64,000 nt of DNA, from assembly GCA_963850905.1 (NCBI GenBank), contig CAWKMU010000003.1:3104001-3168000 (forward strand), read 5' to 3'. Made by a program: the position numbers and the translations under genes. The stretch comes from an uncultured Gemmatimonadales bacterium (GTDB lineage Bacteria > Gemmatimonadota > Gemmatimonadetes > Gemmatimonadales > Gemmatimonadaceae). The notes beneath the pieces are model-generated. The model did no database searches. It was not told the DNA's origin and worked only from the letters and a program-made list of their open reading frames with translations. Shown here one piece after another: positions 20,569-29,619 of this stretch (the stretch's first letter is position 1; each line of letters opens with the position of its first letter).

Positions 20569-22245
20569 TTGGCCACTGTACCGACGGATATCGAGATCGC
20601 CCAACGCACGTCACTTCGTCCCATCATCGATGTGGCTGCAGAACTCGGGCTCGGGCCCGACGATCTGGACACCTATGGGAAGTACAAGGCGAAGGTCTCG
20701 CTCGACATAGCGCGCGGCGCACCTCGTGGACGCCTGGTGCTGGTCACCGGCATCAACCCTACCGCCGCGGGCGAAGGCAAGACGACGACCACGGTCGGAC
20801 TGACCCAGGCGCTGCGGCGACTGGGTCACCGCGCAGCCTTGTGCATCCGGGAGCCCAGCTTGGGGCCAGTCTTCGGCCTCAAAGGCGGCGCGGCGGGCGG
20901 AGGGTACGCACAGGTCGTTCCCATGGAGGACATCAATCTCCACTTCACCGGGGATTTCCACGCCATCGCCAGCGCCCATGGCTTGCTCTCCGCGATGCTG
21001 GATAACCACCTGCAGCAGGGGAACGCCCTCGGGATCGACCCCCGGCGCATCACGTGGCCGCGGACCATTGACATGAACGATCGGGCGCTACGCGACTGCG
21101 TGATCGCATTGGGCGGTGTCGCGAACGGCGTCGTGCGGCAGGAGCGGTGGGTGATCGTCCCGGCGAGCGAGATCATGGCGATCATCGCGCTCGCATCGGA
21201 CCTGCAGGACCTCGAGGCGCGGCTGAGCCGCATCATCGTCGGCTCGACGGCTGGTGCCGCCCGCCGGCCCGTGCGGGCCAGTGACCTCAAGGCGGCGGGC
21301 GCCATGACCCTCCTGCTCAAGGACGCACTCCGCCCGAATCTGGTGCAAACGCTGGAGGGCGGCCCGGCATTCGTGCACGCGGGCCCGTTCGGGAACATTG
21401 CCCACGGCTGCAACAGTCTCGTGGCCACCAAGACGGCGCTGGCGCTCGCCGATGTCGTCGTCACCGAAGCGGGCTTCGGTTCCGACCTCGGCGCCGAGAA
21501 ATTCTTCGACATCAAGTGTCGCATCGGCGGCCTCGAGCCTCAGGCGGCGGTGGTGGTCGCCACCGTGCGCGCGCTGAAGATGAATGGCGGTGCACGGAAG
21601 CAGGACCTCGGCCGCGAAGACATGGCGGCACTCATGTGCGGGCTTCCGAACCTGGAGAAGCACGTCGCCAACGTGCAGCAGTTCGGCGTGCCGGTCGTCG
21701 TCGCCCTCAACCGCTTCACCAGCGACACGGATCGCGAGTTGAGCGCCGTCGTGAATTGTGGCCAGGCGGCGGGCGTGCCGGTTGCGATGACGGAGGTGTG
21801 GGAACGGGGTGGCGCCGGGGGCGAGCAGCTCGCACACGCCGTGCTCGAGCTGCTCCGAACCGCACACTCGCGGTACACACCGCTTTATGCGACAAACTTG
21901 CCCATTCGTCAGAAGATCGACACGATCGTGCGCTGTGTGTACGGCGGCGACGGCGTCGACTTCTCCACTTCAGCCGAGCGCACGATCGATTATCTCGAAT
22001 CGATCGGCCTGGGGGAAACACCGGTGTGCATGGCCAAGACGCAGTACTCGCTTACGGATGACCCCACGGTCCTCGGCCGGCCGAGCGGCTTCCGCATCAC
22101 GGTCAACGAGGTGTACCCGGCCGCGGGGGCCGGGTTTGTGGTGGCGCAGGCTGGCGACATCATGACCATGCCGGGGTTGCCGAAGGAGCCCGCGGCGGAG
22201 CGCATGGCGGTGCACGCCGATGGATCGATCGTGGGGCTCTTCTAG
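20569..22245 (+). CDS. fhs: Formate--tetrahydrofolate ligase
   Basis: PTAAGEGKTT, REPSLGP, KGGAAGGGY, HFTGDFHA, GPFGNIAHG, TEAGFGSDLGAEKF, MTMPGLP; TTG start with GGAG RBS. Confidence 0.97.
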   Translation: MATVPTDIEIAQRTSLRPIIDVAAELGLGPDDLDTYGKYKAKVSLDIARGAPRGRLVLVTGINPTAAGEGKTTTTVGLTQALRRLGHRAALCIREPSLGPVFGLKGGAAGGGYAQVVPMEDINLHFTGDFHAIASAHGLLSAMLDNHLQQGNALGIDPRRITWPRTIDMNDRALRDCVIALGGVANGVVRQERWVIVPASEIMAIIALASDLQDLEARLSRIIVGSTAGAARRPVRASDLKAAGAMTLLLKDALRPNLVQTLEGGPAFVHAGPFGNIAHGCNSLVATKTALALADVVVTEAGFGSDLGAEKFFDIKCRIGGLEPQAAVVVATVRALKMNGGARKQDLGREDMAALMCGLPNLEKHVANVQQFGVPVVVALNRFTSDTDRELSAVVNCGQAAGVPVAMTEVWERGGAGGEQLAHAVLELLRTAHSRYTPLYATNLPIRQKIDTIVRCVYGGDGVDFSTSAERTIDYLESIGLGETPVCMAKTQYSLTDDPTVLGRPSGFRITVNEVYPAAGAGFVVAQAGDIMTMPGLPKEPAAERMAVHADGSIVGLF

Positions 22246-22247
22246 CC

Positions 22248-22637
22248 ATGGCCGCGCATCGGACCATCCAGACCTCCGACGCCCCCGCGGCGATCGGACC
22301 ATACTCGCAGGGCACCGTGAGCCAGGGGTTGGTGTTCACGGCGGGCCAGATCGCGCTCGACCCCGCCACCGGCCAGGTCATCGAGGGAGATGTCGCCGCG
22401 CAGACGGAGCGCGTGCTCAAGAACCTGACCGCCGTCCTCGGAGCAGCCGGAGCATCGTGGGGAGACGTTTTGAAGACAACGGTGTATCTCCGTCACATGA
22501 CTGACTTCCCGGTAGTCAACGAAGTGTACGGCCGCGTGCTCGGGTCGGCGCGTCCGGCCCGCTCGACCGTCGAAGTCTCTGGCCTGCCTCGAGGCGTCCT
22601 GGTCGAGATCGAGGCGATCGCCGCTGCACGGGGATAG
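22248..22637 (+). CDS. ridA: RidA/YjgF family reactive-imine deaminase
   Basis: APAAIGPYSQ, GQIALDP, PARSTVEV, VEIEAIA. Confidence 0.9.
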   Translation: MAAHRTIQTSDAPAAIGPYSQGTVSQGLVFTAGQIALDPATGQVIEGDVAAQTERVLKNLTAVLGAAGASWGDVLKTTVYLRHMTDFPVVNEVYGRVLGSARPARSTVEVSGLPRGVLVEIEAIAAARG

Positions 22638-22701
22638 CGGCGCGATTGTGACACGTCATCGCGCGCGGGATGCTCGCGCAGGCGCGCACGACAAGGCGGA
22701 G

Positions 22702-23730
22702 TTGTTCCGCCTGACGCAGTTTGTGCGCTGCGCGGGCTGAGCTTCCAAAATGGGTCCGGGCGACCTAACGCAGGTACTCGCTCCGCTTCCGGCAACGACC
22801 GATCCACGGTTGCTCGTCGGCCGAGAGACCTTCGATGACGCGGGTGTGTTCCGCTTGGCCGACGATCTCGCGTTGGTCCAAACGGTGGACTTCTTTGCGC
22901 CGATCGTGGACGACCCATACAGCTTTGGCCGCGTGGCTGCCGCCAACGCTTTGTCGGACGTCTACGCGATGGGTGGCACGCCGCTCACGGCGCTCAACAT
23001 CGCGGCATTCCCGGCCGATCAGATGCCGCTGGCGATACTGACTGACGTGTTGCGCGGCGGACATGATGCCGTCCACGAAGCGGGCGCCATCGTAGTCGGT
23101 GGGCACACGGTCATCGATGTCGAATTGAAATTTGGACTGGCGGTCACGGGCCGGGTCGACCCGCGCGTTATGCTGACAAACGCTGGGGCTCGCCCGGGGG
23201 ATCGCCTCGTGCTCACCAAGCCAATCGGGACCGGCATCATCGCGACCGCGATCAAACGGGGCGTATTGGAACGCGCGACGGCGAACGCCGCAGAGCAGGA
23301 GATGATCGCGACCATGGTCCGCCTCAACAAGGATGCCGCGGCCGCTGCCATCGCTGTGGGCGTGCGCTGCGCGACGGACGTCACGGGATTCGGGCTTCTC
23401 GGGCACGCATCGCACATCGCCCGAGCCAGTCGCGTCTCGCTGCACATCCAGGCCGCGGCCGTTCCCCTGCTGGCCGCGGCGCGCACCTCCCTCGCGCTGG
23501 GTGCACGCACCGGCGGAGCCGAGCGAAACGTGGAGTACCTCGAGCCGTTGGTCGACTGGGGTAATGCGACCCCCGAGGATCGGGCGCTGTTGACCGACCC
23601 GCAGACGTCCGGCGGTTTGCTGGTCGCCGTGCCGCCCACGCGGGTGAGCGAGTATCTTTCCCGCGTGCGGGGCGCAGTCGAGATCGGTTCTGTCGAGATC
23701 CCGGGCCCGTACGCGATCGTGGTCGGATGA
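22702..23730 (+). CDS. selD: Selenide, water dikinase; selenoprotein with in-frame UGA (Sec) at 22738-22740
   Basis: FRLTQFVRCAG-UGA-ASKMGP aligns with the SelD N-terminus (RLTQ...GCGCK). Also DDAGVF, TVDFF, ANALSDVYAMGG, GGHT, DVTGFGLLGH, DPQTSGGLL. Start TTG 22702 or GTG 22648. Confidence 0.93.
22751..22767 (+). promoter_or_regulatory. Bacterial SECIS-like hairpin of selD
   Basis: TGGGTC-CGGGC-GACCTA stem-loop starting 10 nt after the UGA. Confidence 0.65.
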
Positions 23731-23736
23731 CCTCAC

Positions 23737-23833
23737 GGGGGCGGAAGGGGCCTGGTGGTTCCGGCGATCTTCAAAATCGCACCGACCTGCCACCGGCGGG
23801 TTGGGTGGGTTCGATTCCCACACGCTCCCGCCA
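23737..23833 (+). tRNA. selC: tRNA-Sec (anticodon UCA)
   Basis: 97 nt: 6-bp D stem with 4-nt loop, GCGAT-CT-TCA-AA-ATCGC, long variable arm, GTGGG-TTCGATT-CCCAC, ends GCCA; starts 6 nt after the selD stop. Confidence 0.95.
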
Positions 23834-23838
23834 CGACG

Positions 23839-23954
23839 CGTGCTTCGCACGGCGTAGAGAGGAGGAGAGAGGGCTAAGGAGAAAGGAGACGAACAGCTCC
23901 GGGGCGACCGGCGCTGGTGTGTCTCCCTTCTCCTTTCTGGGTCGCTCCTTTCTC
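23839..23954. repeat. Hairpin plus purine-heptamer inverted-repeat element (copy after selC)
   Basis: cgtgc-ttc-gcacg, then GTAGAGAGGAG...GGAGAAAGGAGAC, spacer, GTCTCCCTTCTCCTTTCT...CTCCTTTCTC. Confidence 0.7.
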
Positions 23955-24611
23955 GGGCGCGTAGCGGCCGCCGGCATATTGTGGGTCGCATTTGCCTGCG
24001 TGCCGCGCTTCGCTGTGGCGCAACAACCCGACAGTGCACGCGCGGGCATCGGCCGGTCGCCGACCGCGCCACCGCCGCCAGTCCCGCCGCCGCCCACAAT
24101 CGCCGCGCAGCAGACGACGCTGCCGCGCACGTCCGGGCCGCCGATCTCCCCGAAGACGGCCTTCCTCTCCTCGCTGCTGCTTCCGGGATTGGGACAGGCG
24201 AGACTCGATCGCAGTTATGCCGGCGCGCTCTTCTTCGCGGTCGAGGCCGTGGCATTCCAAATGGCTCGCCAGGCCGAGATCGATCTCAAGTACGCGGAAG
24301 CCCACTCGCACGACAGCACATTGGTCGTGCAGAGCTACCAGACCGATTCACTCGGCCAGGCTGTTCACGACTCGACAGGTCGCCCCATCCCAGGCACCTA
24401 CGCGTACGCGCGCTACGACAGCGCCCGTGTCGCCGCCCGCAAGACACACCTGGAAGACTGGATCGCGGTGATCATCTTCAACCACCTCATATCAGCCACT
24501 GACGCGTTCGTCGCCGCGCAGCTGTGGGATCTCCACGCGCATGTCCACCCCATGACCGGGATGTCGAGCGACGGGAAGCGTCAAATGTACGGTCTCTCCG
24601 TCAGCTGGTAG
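23919..24611 (+). CDS. Exported/membrane protein (DUF5683-like)
   Basis: Signal-like AVA-QQ, Pro-rich linker, SPKTAFLSSLLLPGLGQ, DAFVAAQLWD. The ORF-track start at 23727 overlaps tRNA-Sec and is unlikely. Confidence 0.6.
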   Translation: MSPFSFLGRSFLGRVAAAGILWVAFACVPRFAVAQQPDSARAGIGRSPTAPPPPVPPPPTIAAQQTTLPRTSGPPISPKTAFLSSLLLPGLGQARLDRSYAGALFFAVEAVAFQMARQAEIDLKYAEAHSHDSTLVVQSYQTDSLGQAVHDSTGRPIPGTYAYARYDSARVAARKTHLEDWIAVIIFNHLISATDAFVAAQLWDLHAHVHPMTGMSSDGKRQMYGLSVSW

Positions 24612-25410
24612 CCGCCGCACCGAGCGGTGCAGGCAGCTCTCGACGTTCGAGCGCACTGACGAGTTGGCCCTCCTGGGTGCCGTCCCAGCGACGCAACTCG
24701 ATCCGATCAGGGCTGATTCGGAGGTAGGTCGGCGCGGCGAGCCACGAGCCGGCGTTCGCGTAGATGCCACCGCTCGGCACCCGCTCCAGGGTCTCCACAT
24801 GCGAATGGCCCAGGATGACCAGCTCAGGGGCGTCGGCACGCGCGAGATAATCCAAGGCTACCCGACGAAGACCCGCACCACCATCGCGCGCCCGCGTCGT
24901 TCGACTCGTGTGAGAGCTCCACATAGCGAGCCGCGTCGCGAGATCGGGCGGCAGCCAGCGGAATGCCCGGACCGCCGCTCGGTTGCGAAGGACGGCCCGC
25001 ATGGCCCGATATCGGCGATCCTCGCGAACCCGCAGTCCGTCGCCGTGCTCCACGCGCGCACGCCAACCAGCGATCGATCCAACCCAGGGACCCACATGGT
25101 AGACCGCCCCGACGTCACTCCCAATGACATCACCGCCCCAACAGTCATGATTGCCAGCGATCCAGAGGATCGGCACACCGGCATCGTGGAGATCGGCCAG
25201 CGCGGCCAATATGCGGAACGCGGGGCGGGGAATGACACTGCGCCACTCAAACCAGAACTCGAAAAGATCGCCGTTGATGAGGAGCGACAGCGCATGGCCG
25301 GACCGCGCTTCATCCACACGCGCTTCGAGCCACTCGAGCACGCCGCGGTCGATGTCGGATCCCACGCCGATATGCGTGTCGGCGATCACGTAGCACGGCG
25401 AGGTCAGCAC
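24601..25410 (-). CDS. lpxH: UDP-2,3-diacylglucosamine diphosphatase (LpxH-like metallophosphoesterase)
   Basis: ADTHIG, NGDLFEFW, GNHD, EHGDG, GHSH, NAGSW. Confidence 0.75.
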   Translation of the reverse strand: MLTSPCYVIADTHIGVGSDIDRGVLEWLEARVDEARSGHALSLLINGDLFEFWFEWRSVIPRPAFRILAALADLHDAGVPILWIAGNHDCWGGDVIGSDVGAVYHVGPWVGSIAGWRARVEHGDGLRVREDRRYRAMRAVLRNRAAVRAFRWLPPDLATRLAMWSSHTSRTTRARDGGAGLRRVALDYLARADAPELVILGHSHVETLERVPSGGIYANAGSWLAAPTYLRISPDRIELRRWDGTQEGQLVSALERRELPAPLGAAATS

Positions 25411-25526
25411 GAGAGCATGTTAACGACCCACCGGATCAGAGGTCAGGGTGCGACAAACGGCTGGCTCAGGGGTCAGGGAGCAAATCGAAAGGCCGGTCAC
25501 CCTGCACCGCGACCAGCCTTGGACCG

Positions 25527-25551
25527 GTAGGGGCGACGCATTGCGTCGCCC
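25527..25551 (+). repeat. GTAG-type REP palindrome
   Basis: GTAG-GGGCGACGCA-T-TGCGTCGCCC; identical copy at 48897. Confidence 0.8.
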
Positions 25552-25627
25552 GTCGTTGTATTGGCAGTTCGTTGTTATCCCATGACCCCTAATCGCCGCC
25601 CGTTGCCGTTATTACCTTCCCTCCCGC

Positions 25628-26047
25628 ATGGCGACCCGATCCCGCCCCTTCGTGAGCGAACTCCGCGTGCGATATGCGGAAACCGACCAGATGGGGGTCG
25701 TGCATCACGCGAACTATCTCCTCTACTGCGAGGTTGGCCGGACGGACTTCCTGCGGTCGCTGGGGACATCATACGCGGAGTTGGAGAAGGCAGGCGTGCG
25801 GCTGCCCGTGGCGGAGCTCACCCTTCGGTATCATGCCTCGGCCCGGTACGACGACCACATTCGAGTCGAGACGACGCTGAGCGACGTCAAGTCTCGGACG
25901 GTAACCTTCGATTACGTGATTACAAATGCCGGATCGGCGACGCGCCTCGTGACCGCCAGCACTACCCTCGTGTCACTCGATGACCGCGGCCAGGTAACCG
26001 CGCTCCCGTCGCATCTGCGAACCCAACTGCTCGCCGCGCTCAGTTGA
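25628..26047 (+). CDS. Acyl-CoA thioesterase (YbgC/FadM family)
   Basis: VRYAETDQMGVVHHANYLLYCEVGR hot-dog fold motif. Confidence 0.88.
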   Translation: MATRSRPFVSELRVRYAETDQMGVVHHANYLLYCEVGRTDFLRSLGTSYAELEKAGVRLPVAELTLRYHASARYDDHIRVETTLSDVKSRTVTFDYVITNAGSATRLVTASTTLVSLDDRGQVTALPSHLRTQLLAALS

Positions 26048-26751
26048 CCATCGGCCACGCTCGGTTGCTCAAAACGTCTGTTTTCGCACTGCTGGCTGCC
26101 TTCGCGGTAACGGGCTGCCTGCCACCACGCGCCCTCCCCCTCCACGGGCTCGCGGCGTCCCCCCGGGAGCTGCCGACCGCTACGACGCTGCCTGCGGGGT
26201 ATCATCGGATACGGTTCCGGTGGCAGCTCAAGGCCACGCAGTTCTCTGCCAAAGGGGACGGAGCCGCCCGGACCGCCTTCCCTGACTCCGCGCGCTTCGA
26301 TTTCGTGGCCTCAGGACCCCTGGGAGGCAGCGGTGTCGCGTTGCTTTTTGACGACACACTCGTTGCTCCAGGGGGCAAGGGTGTACGTAAGTATCTTCCG
26401 CCTACACCCTTCCTCTGGGCGGCGCTGGGCCGGCTGGCGGTCCCACCGGCGCCCGATACCGTCGTACGGGTGGACGGCGACACGGTCCGCGCCGATATCG
26501 GTCGTCTTCTCCCCAGCGGGGAGTTGACAAGCGATGGCGCGGACAGTGCGACGATCTGGCGAGTGGCGTTTGCGGGGGGCGAGCTGGCGAGCCTGGCACG
26601 TCTCCGCGGTGGGCGGGTACGTGGAACGATGGTGCGTGATCAGGCACGAGGGCGGATCAAGTATGACGATGGGGTACAGCGGTCGTTGACGTTGACACAG
26701 GTGCGAAGTGAAGTCGTTCCGGCGTTCGATTCCAGTGTCTGGCATCCGTAG
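26044..26751 (+). CDS. Hypothetical lipoprotein
   Basis: Lipobox VTGC; TTGA overlap with the upstream stop. Confidence 0.6.
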   Translation: MTIGHARLLKTSVFALLAAFAVTGCLPPRALPLHGLAASPRELPTATTLPAGYHRIRFRWQLKATQFSAKGDGAARTAFPDSARFDFVASGPLGGSGVALLFDDTLVAPGGKGVRKYLPPTPFLWAALGRLAVPPAPDTVVRVDGDTVRADIGRLLPSGELTSDGADSATIWRVAFAGGELASLARLRGGRVRGTMVRDQARGRIKYDDGVQRSLTLTQVRSEVVPAFDSSVWHP

Positions 26752-27247
26752 CTGGCAGCGCGTAGCAGGCGCAGTCCTGGCGCTGGCGGCCTCAGGCTGC
26801 ATTTACAGCTTTCATGGCGGCGGTCTACCCGCCGATGTGAAGACGATGGCGATCTTGCCCTTCGACAATGAGACACCGATTCCAGGACTCGAGTCGCAGC
26901 TCCTGCAGGAGATGCGAAAGTCACTCGAGGCTCGGCTCGGCGTACGCGATGCATCCGAGTCGCGGGCGGACGCCGTTGTGAGCGGGACGATCACGCGCTA
27001 TGACGCCGACATACCCGTTGGGTATGGCTCGACGGCCAACGGGCAGGCGCCCACGAGCACCGTCCGGATGCTCGAGATGGCAGTCGATGTCCAGATCGTC
27101 AACCAGAAGACGGGCAAGACGCTCTTTGAGCGCAAGGGCCTGAGTGCCAACGGCAATTACACAGAGCGTGCCGAGGACGCCGGGCGCGTGCAAGCGATCC
27201 AGAAGCTCGTGAGTGATATGATCGAGGGAGCCCAGTCACAGTGGTAA
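26708..27247 (+). CDS. lptE: LPS assembly lipoprotein LptE family
   Basis: ASGC lipobox, YSFHGGGLP, ILPFDNET, C-terminal QSQW. Confidence 0.7.
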   Translation: MKSFRRSIPVSGIRSWQRVAGAVLALAASGCIYSFHGGGLPADVKTMAILPFDNETPIPGLESQLLQEMRKSLEARLGVRDASESRADAVVSGTITRYDADIPVGYGSTANGQAPTSTVRMLEMAVDVQIVNQKTGKTLFERKGLSANGNYTERAEDAGRVQAIQKLVSDMIEGAQSQW

Positions 27248-27592
27248 GGCGACTGGGTGGGACGCGCTTGGGCTGTCTCTTCGCGATGGCGATCGTCGGA
27301 GCGGCCATCTGATTATGGCAGCGGCGTCGGACAGATGTACCTCCGCTATTACCAGTTCCAGGATGCGTTCAAGCAGGAGGCTCGGTTCGCCGCGCAGCAC
27401 AGCGATGGCGAGATCAAAGAGCACTTGCAGCAACTGGCAGATTCCCTGCAACTGCCGGACGACGCGCAAACGATCTATGTGAAGCGCAAGGATCACCACA
27501 TCCTGATCTGGAACGAGTACTACTCTCATGTAGAGTTGCCGTTTTTCTCGCGCGACTTCTACTTCAACCCCAAGGCCGAAGGCGACCTGTAA
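27241..27592 (+). CDS. Small membrane-anchored protein (DUF4845-like; frameshift near 27310)
   Basis: VVRRLGGTRLGCLFAMAIVGAAI joins YGSGVGQMYLRYYQFQDAFKQEARFA if one base is removed. Confidence 0.55.
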
Positions 27593-27620
27593 CACGCAGG
27601 GGCTGGCCCACCGGCCCTTT

Positions 27621-27641
27621 CGACGCAGGCATCGCCCCTAC
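27621..27641 (-). repeat. Degenerate GTAG-type REP
   Basis: Minus strand reads GTAGGGGCGATGCCTGCGTCG. Confidence 0.5.
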
Positions 27642-27675
27642 ACGAAGCGTTCGGCGCGTGTAGCTTACGACACCG

Positions 27676-28170
27676 ATGTCATTGTGTTCCGTGTCGCGCC
27701 GACCCGCCGATTCGATCTTCACATGGGACGCGGCGCTTCGCTGGCGCTCGAGCCAGCGGGGCTCGGTGGTCTTCACGAATGGCGTATTCGACTTGCTGCA
27801 CCGCGGCCACATCGACTTGTTGAGCGCCGCCCGGGCGTGTGGCGATGCGCTCATCGTCGGGATCAACAGCGATGAGTCCGTGCGCCGGCTCAAGGGGGCG
27901 GGGCGACCGGTGCGCACGGCGGCAGATCGTGCCTATGTCGTTGCGGCGCTCGCGCCCGTCGACGCCGTTGTCATCTTCGACCATGATACGCCCCTCGAGT
28001 TGATCCGCGCGCTCGCGCCCGATGTGCTGGTCAAGGGCGGTGATTACACCGAGGCGACGATTGTCGGCGCGCCTGACGTGCGCGCGCGTGGGGGTGAGGT
28101 CGTTGTCGTCCCGCTCACGCCCGATCAATCAACGACTTCAATCATGGAGCAGGTACGTGGACGCCCATAA
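27676..28170 (+). CDS. rfaE2: D-glycero-beta-D-manno-heptose 1-phosphate adenylyltransferase
   Basis: [42 protein letters not shown]. Confidence 0.9.
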   Translation: MSLCSVSRRPADSIFTWDAALRWRSSQRGSVVFTNGVFDLLHRGHIDLLSAARACGDALIVGINSDESVRRLKGAGRPVRTAADRAYVVAALAPVDAVVIFDHDTPLELIRALAPDVLVKGGDYTEATIVGAPDVRARGGEVVVVPLTPDQSTTSIMEQVRGRP

Positions 28171-28936
28171 ACCGACGGATGGGGACCGACGAGGCCGCGC
28201 CCCGAGCGAGCTTCGGCCCGTCATGCTGGATCGCGGCGCCGCACCGTACGCCGAGGGGTCGTGCCTGGTGTCGTTCGGGGACACACGAGTGTTGTGCGCC
28301 GCGAGTGTGGAAGAGGGCGTGCCGGCCTGGCGACGTGGGTCGGGTCTGGGGTGGCTGACGGCCGAATACGCGATGCTCCCCCGGGCCACGCTCGAGCGCA
28401 CTGCGCGCGAACGTGGGGCGAGTGGACTCGGTGGTCGGACCCAGGAAATCCAGCGGCTCATCGGTCGCAGTGTGCGCGCCATGCTCGACGGCTTCGAGTT
28501 CGGTGAGCACACGATCCGCATCGACTGCGATGTGTTGCAGGCCGACGGGGGAACGCGGACCGCGGCCATCACGGGAGCGTGCGTCGCCGTGACGGACGCC
28601 TTCGACTGGCTGGTCCGCGAAGGCCGGCTAGTGAGCTCGCCGATTCGTCGGCGTGTCGCGGCGGTGAGTGTGGGGGTGATCGATGGCGAGCCCCGCCTGG
28701 ACCTGGAATACACCGAGGACGTACGCGCGGCGGTCGACATGAATGTGGTGATGGCGTCGGGCGGGGCTCGATCGCTCTCGGAGGAACCCCGATTCGTCGA
28801 GATCCAGGGCACTGGTGAGCACGGTACCTTCGACCGAGGTGAGCTCGACGCATTGGTGTCGCTGGCGGTGCAGGGCATTCGGCAACTGGATGCGTTGCAG
28901 CAAGCGGCGCTAGCTTCTCACGCACCGGATCGATGA
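28157..28936 (+). CDS. rph: Ribonuclease PH
   Basis: [47 protein letters not shown]. Confidence 0.96.
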   Translation: MDAHKPTDGDRRGRAPSELRPVMLDRGAAPYAEGSCLVSFGDTRVLCAASVEEGVPAWRRGSGLGWLTAEYAMLPRATLERTARERGASGLGGRTQEIQRLIGRSVRAMLDGFEFGEHTIRIDCDVLQADGGTRTAAITGACVAVTDAFDWLVREGRLVSSPIRRRVAAVSVGVIDGEPRLDLEYTEDVRAAVDMNVVMASGGARSLSEEPRFVEIQGTGEHGTFDRGELDALVSLAVQGIRQLDALQQAALASHAPDR

Positions 28937-29580
28937 ACGCGATGGTCGGGCGGTCTCCATTGCTGCTCGCAACGCGGAGCGCCGGGAAGCTGGCCGAGCT
29001 CAAGGCGCTGTTCGAATCACGCGACGTTGCGGTGATGGATCTCGATGACCTCGGGCTGCCTCACGATGCCGACGAGGACGGCATCGAGCAATTCGACTCC
29101 TTCGAGGAGAACGCCCTCGCCAAGGCTCGCTATTTCTACGAGGCGAGCGGCGGCATCCCGACCGTCGCTGACGATTCCGGACTCGAGGTCCTCGGACTCG
29201 GGGGCGTCCCCGGAGTGCGCAGCAAACGCTGGGCGGAAGTGAGCGCGCCGGATCGTCGAACGACTCAGGAGATCGATGCGGCAAACAATACGATGCTGGT
29301 GCAAGCCGTCACGCCGCTGGCGGATCGGCGCGCCCGATACGTGTGCGCAGCGGCGTACGTCGGGATCGGAGGCCGGGAGCTCGTGGAACGCGGCGAGGTG
29401 GCCGGCACGATCGTCACGGAGCCACGCGGCAGCGGCGGATTCGGGTACGATGCCTACTTCGTGGCCGCGGAGCTCGGTCGGACATTCGGCGAGGCCTCGC
29501 GCGAAGAGAAGGGCCGCGTGAGCCATCGCGCGCGAGCGTTCAACGCGCTCTTGCGCACCCTCGAAACGCGATCCCCGTAG
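28933..29580 (+). CDS. rdgB: Non-canonical purine NTP pyrophosphatase
   Basis: [36 protein letters not shown]. Confidence 0.92.
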   Translation: MNAMVGRSPLLLATRSAGKLAELKALFESRDVAVMDLDDLGLPHDADEDGIEQFDSFEENALAKARYFYEASGGIPTVADDSGLEVLGLGGVPGVRSKRWAEVSAPDRRTTQEIDAANNTMLVQAVTPLADRRARYVCAAAYVGIGGRELVERGEVAGTIVTEPRGSGGFGYDAYFVAAELGRTFGEASREEKGRVSHRARAFNALLRTLETRSP

Positions 29581-29588
29581 ACCGACCG

Positions 29589-29617
29589 GTAAGGGCGACG
29601 CATTGCGTCGCCCTTAC
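29589..29617. repeat. REP variant between convergent genes (possible bidirectional terminator)
   Basis: GTAAGGGCGACGCA-T-TGCGTCGCCCTTAC, perfect palindrome. Confidence 0.75.
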
Positions 29618-29619
29618 GG

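Noticed and set aside
23727..23918. N-terminal part of ORF 23727..24611
   Set aside because: Overlaps tRNA-Sec and a repeat element; not plausible as coding sequence.
27305..27315. TGA in the DUF4845-like gene as a third Sec codon
   Set aside because: The coding sequence continues in a different frame, so this is an indel and not read-through.
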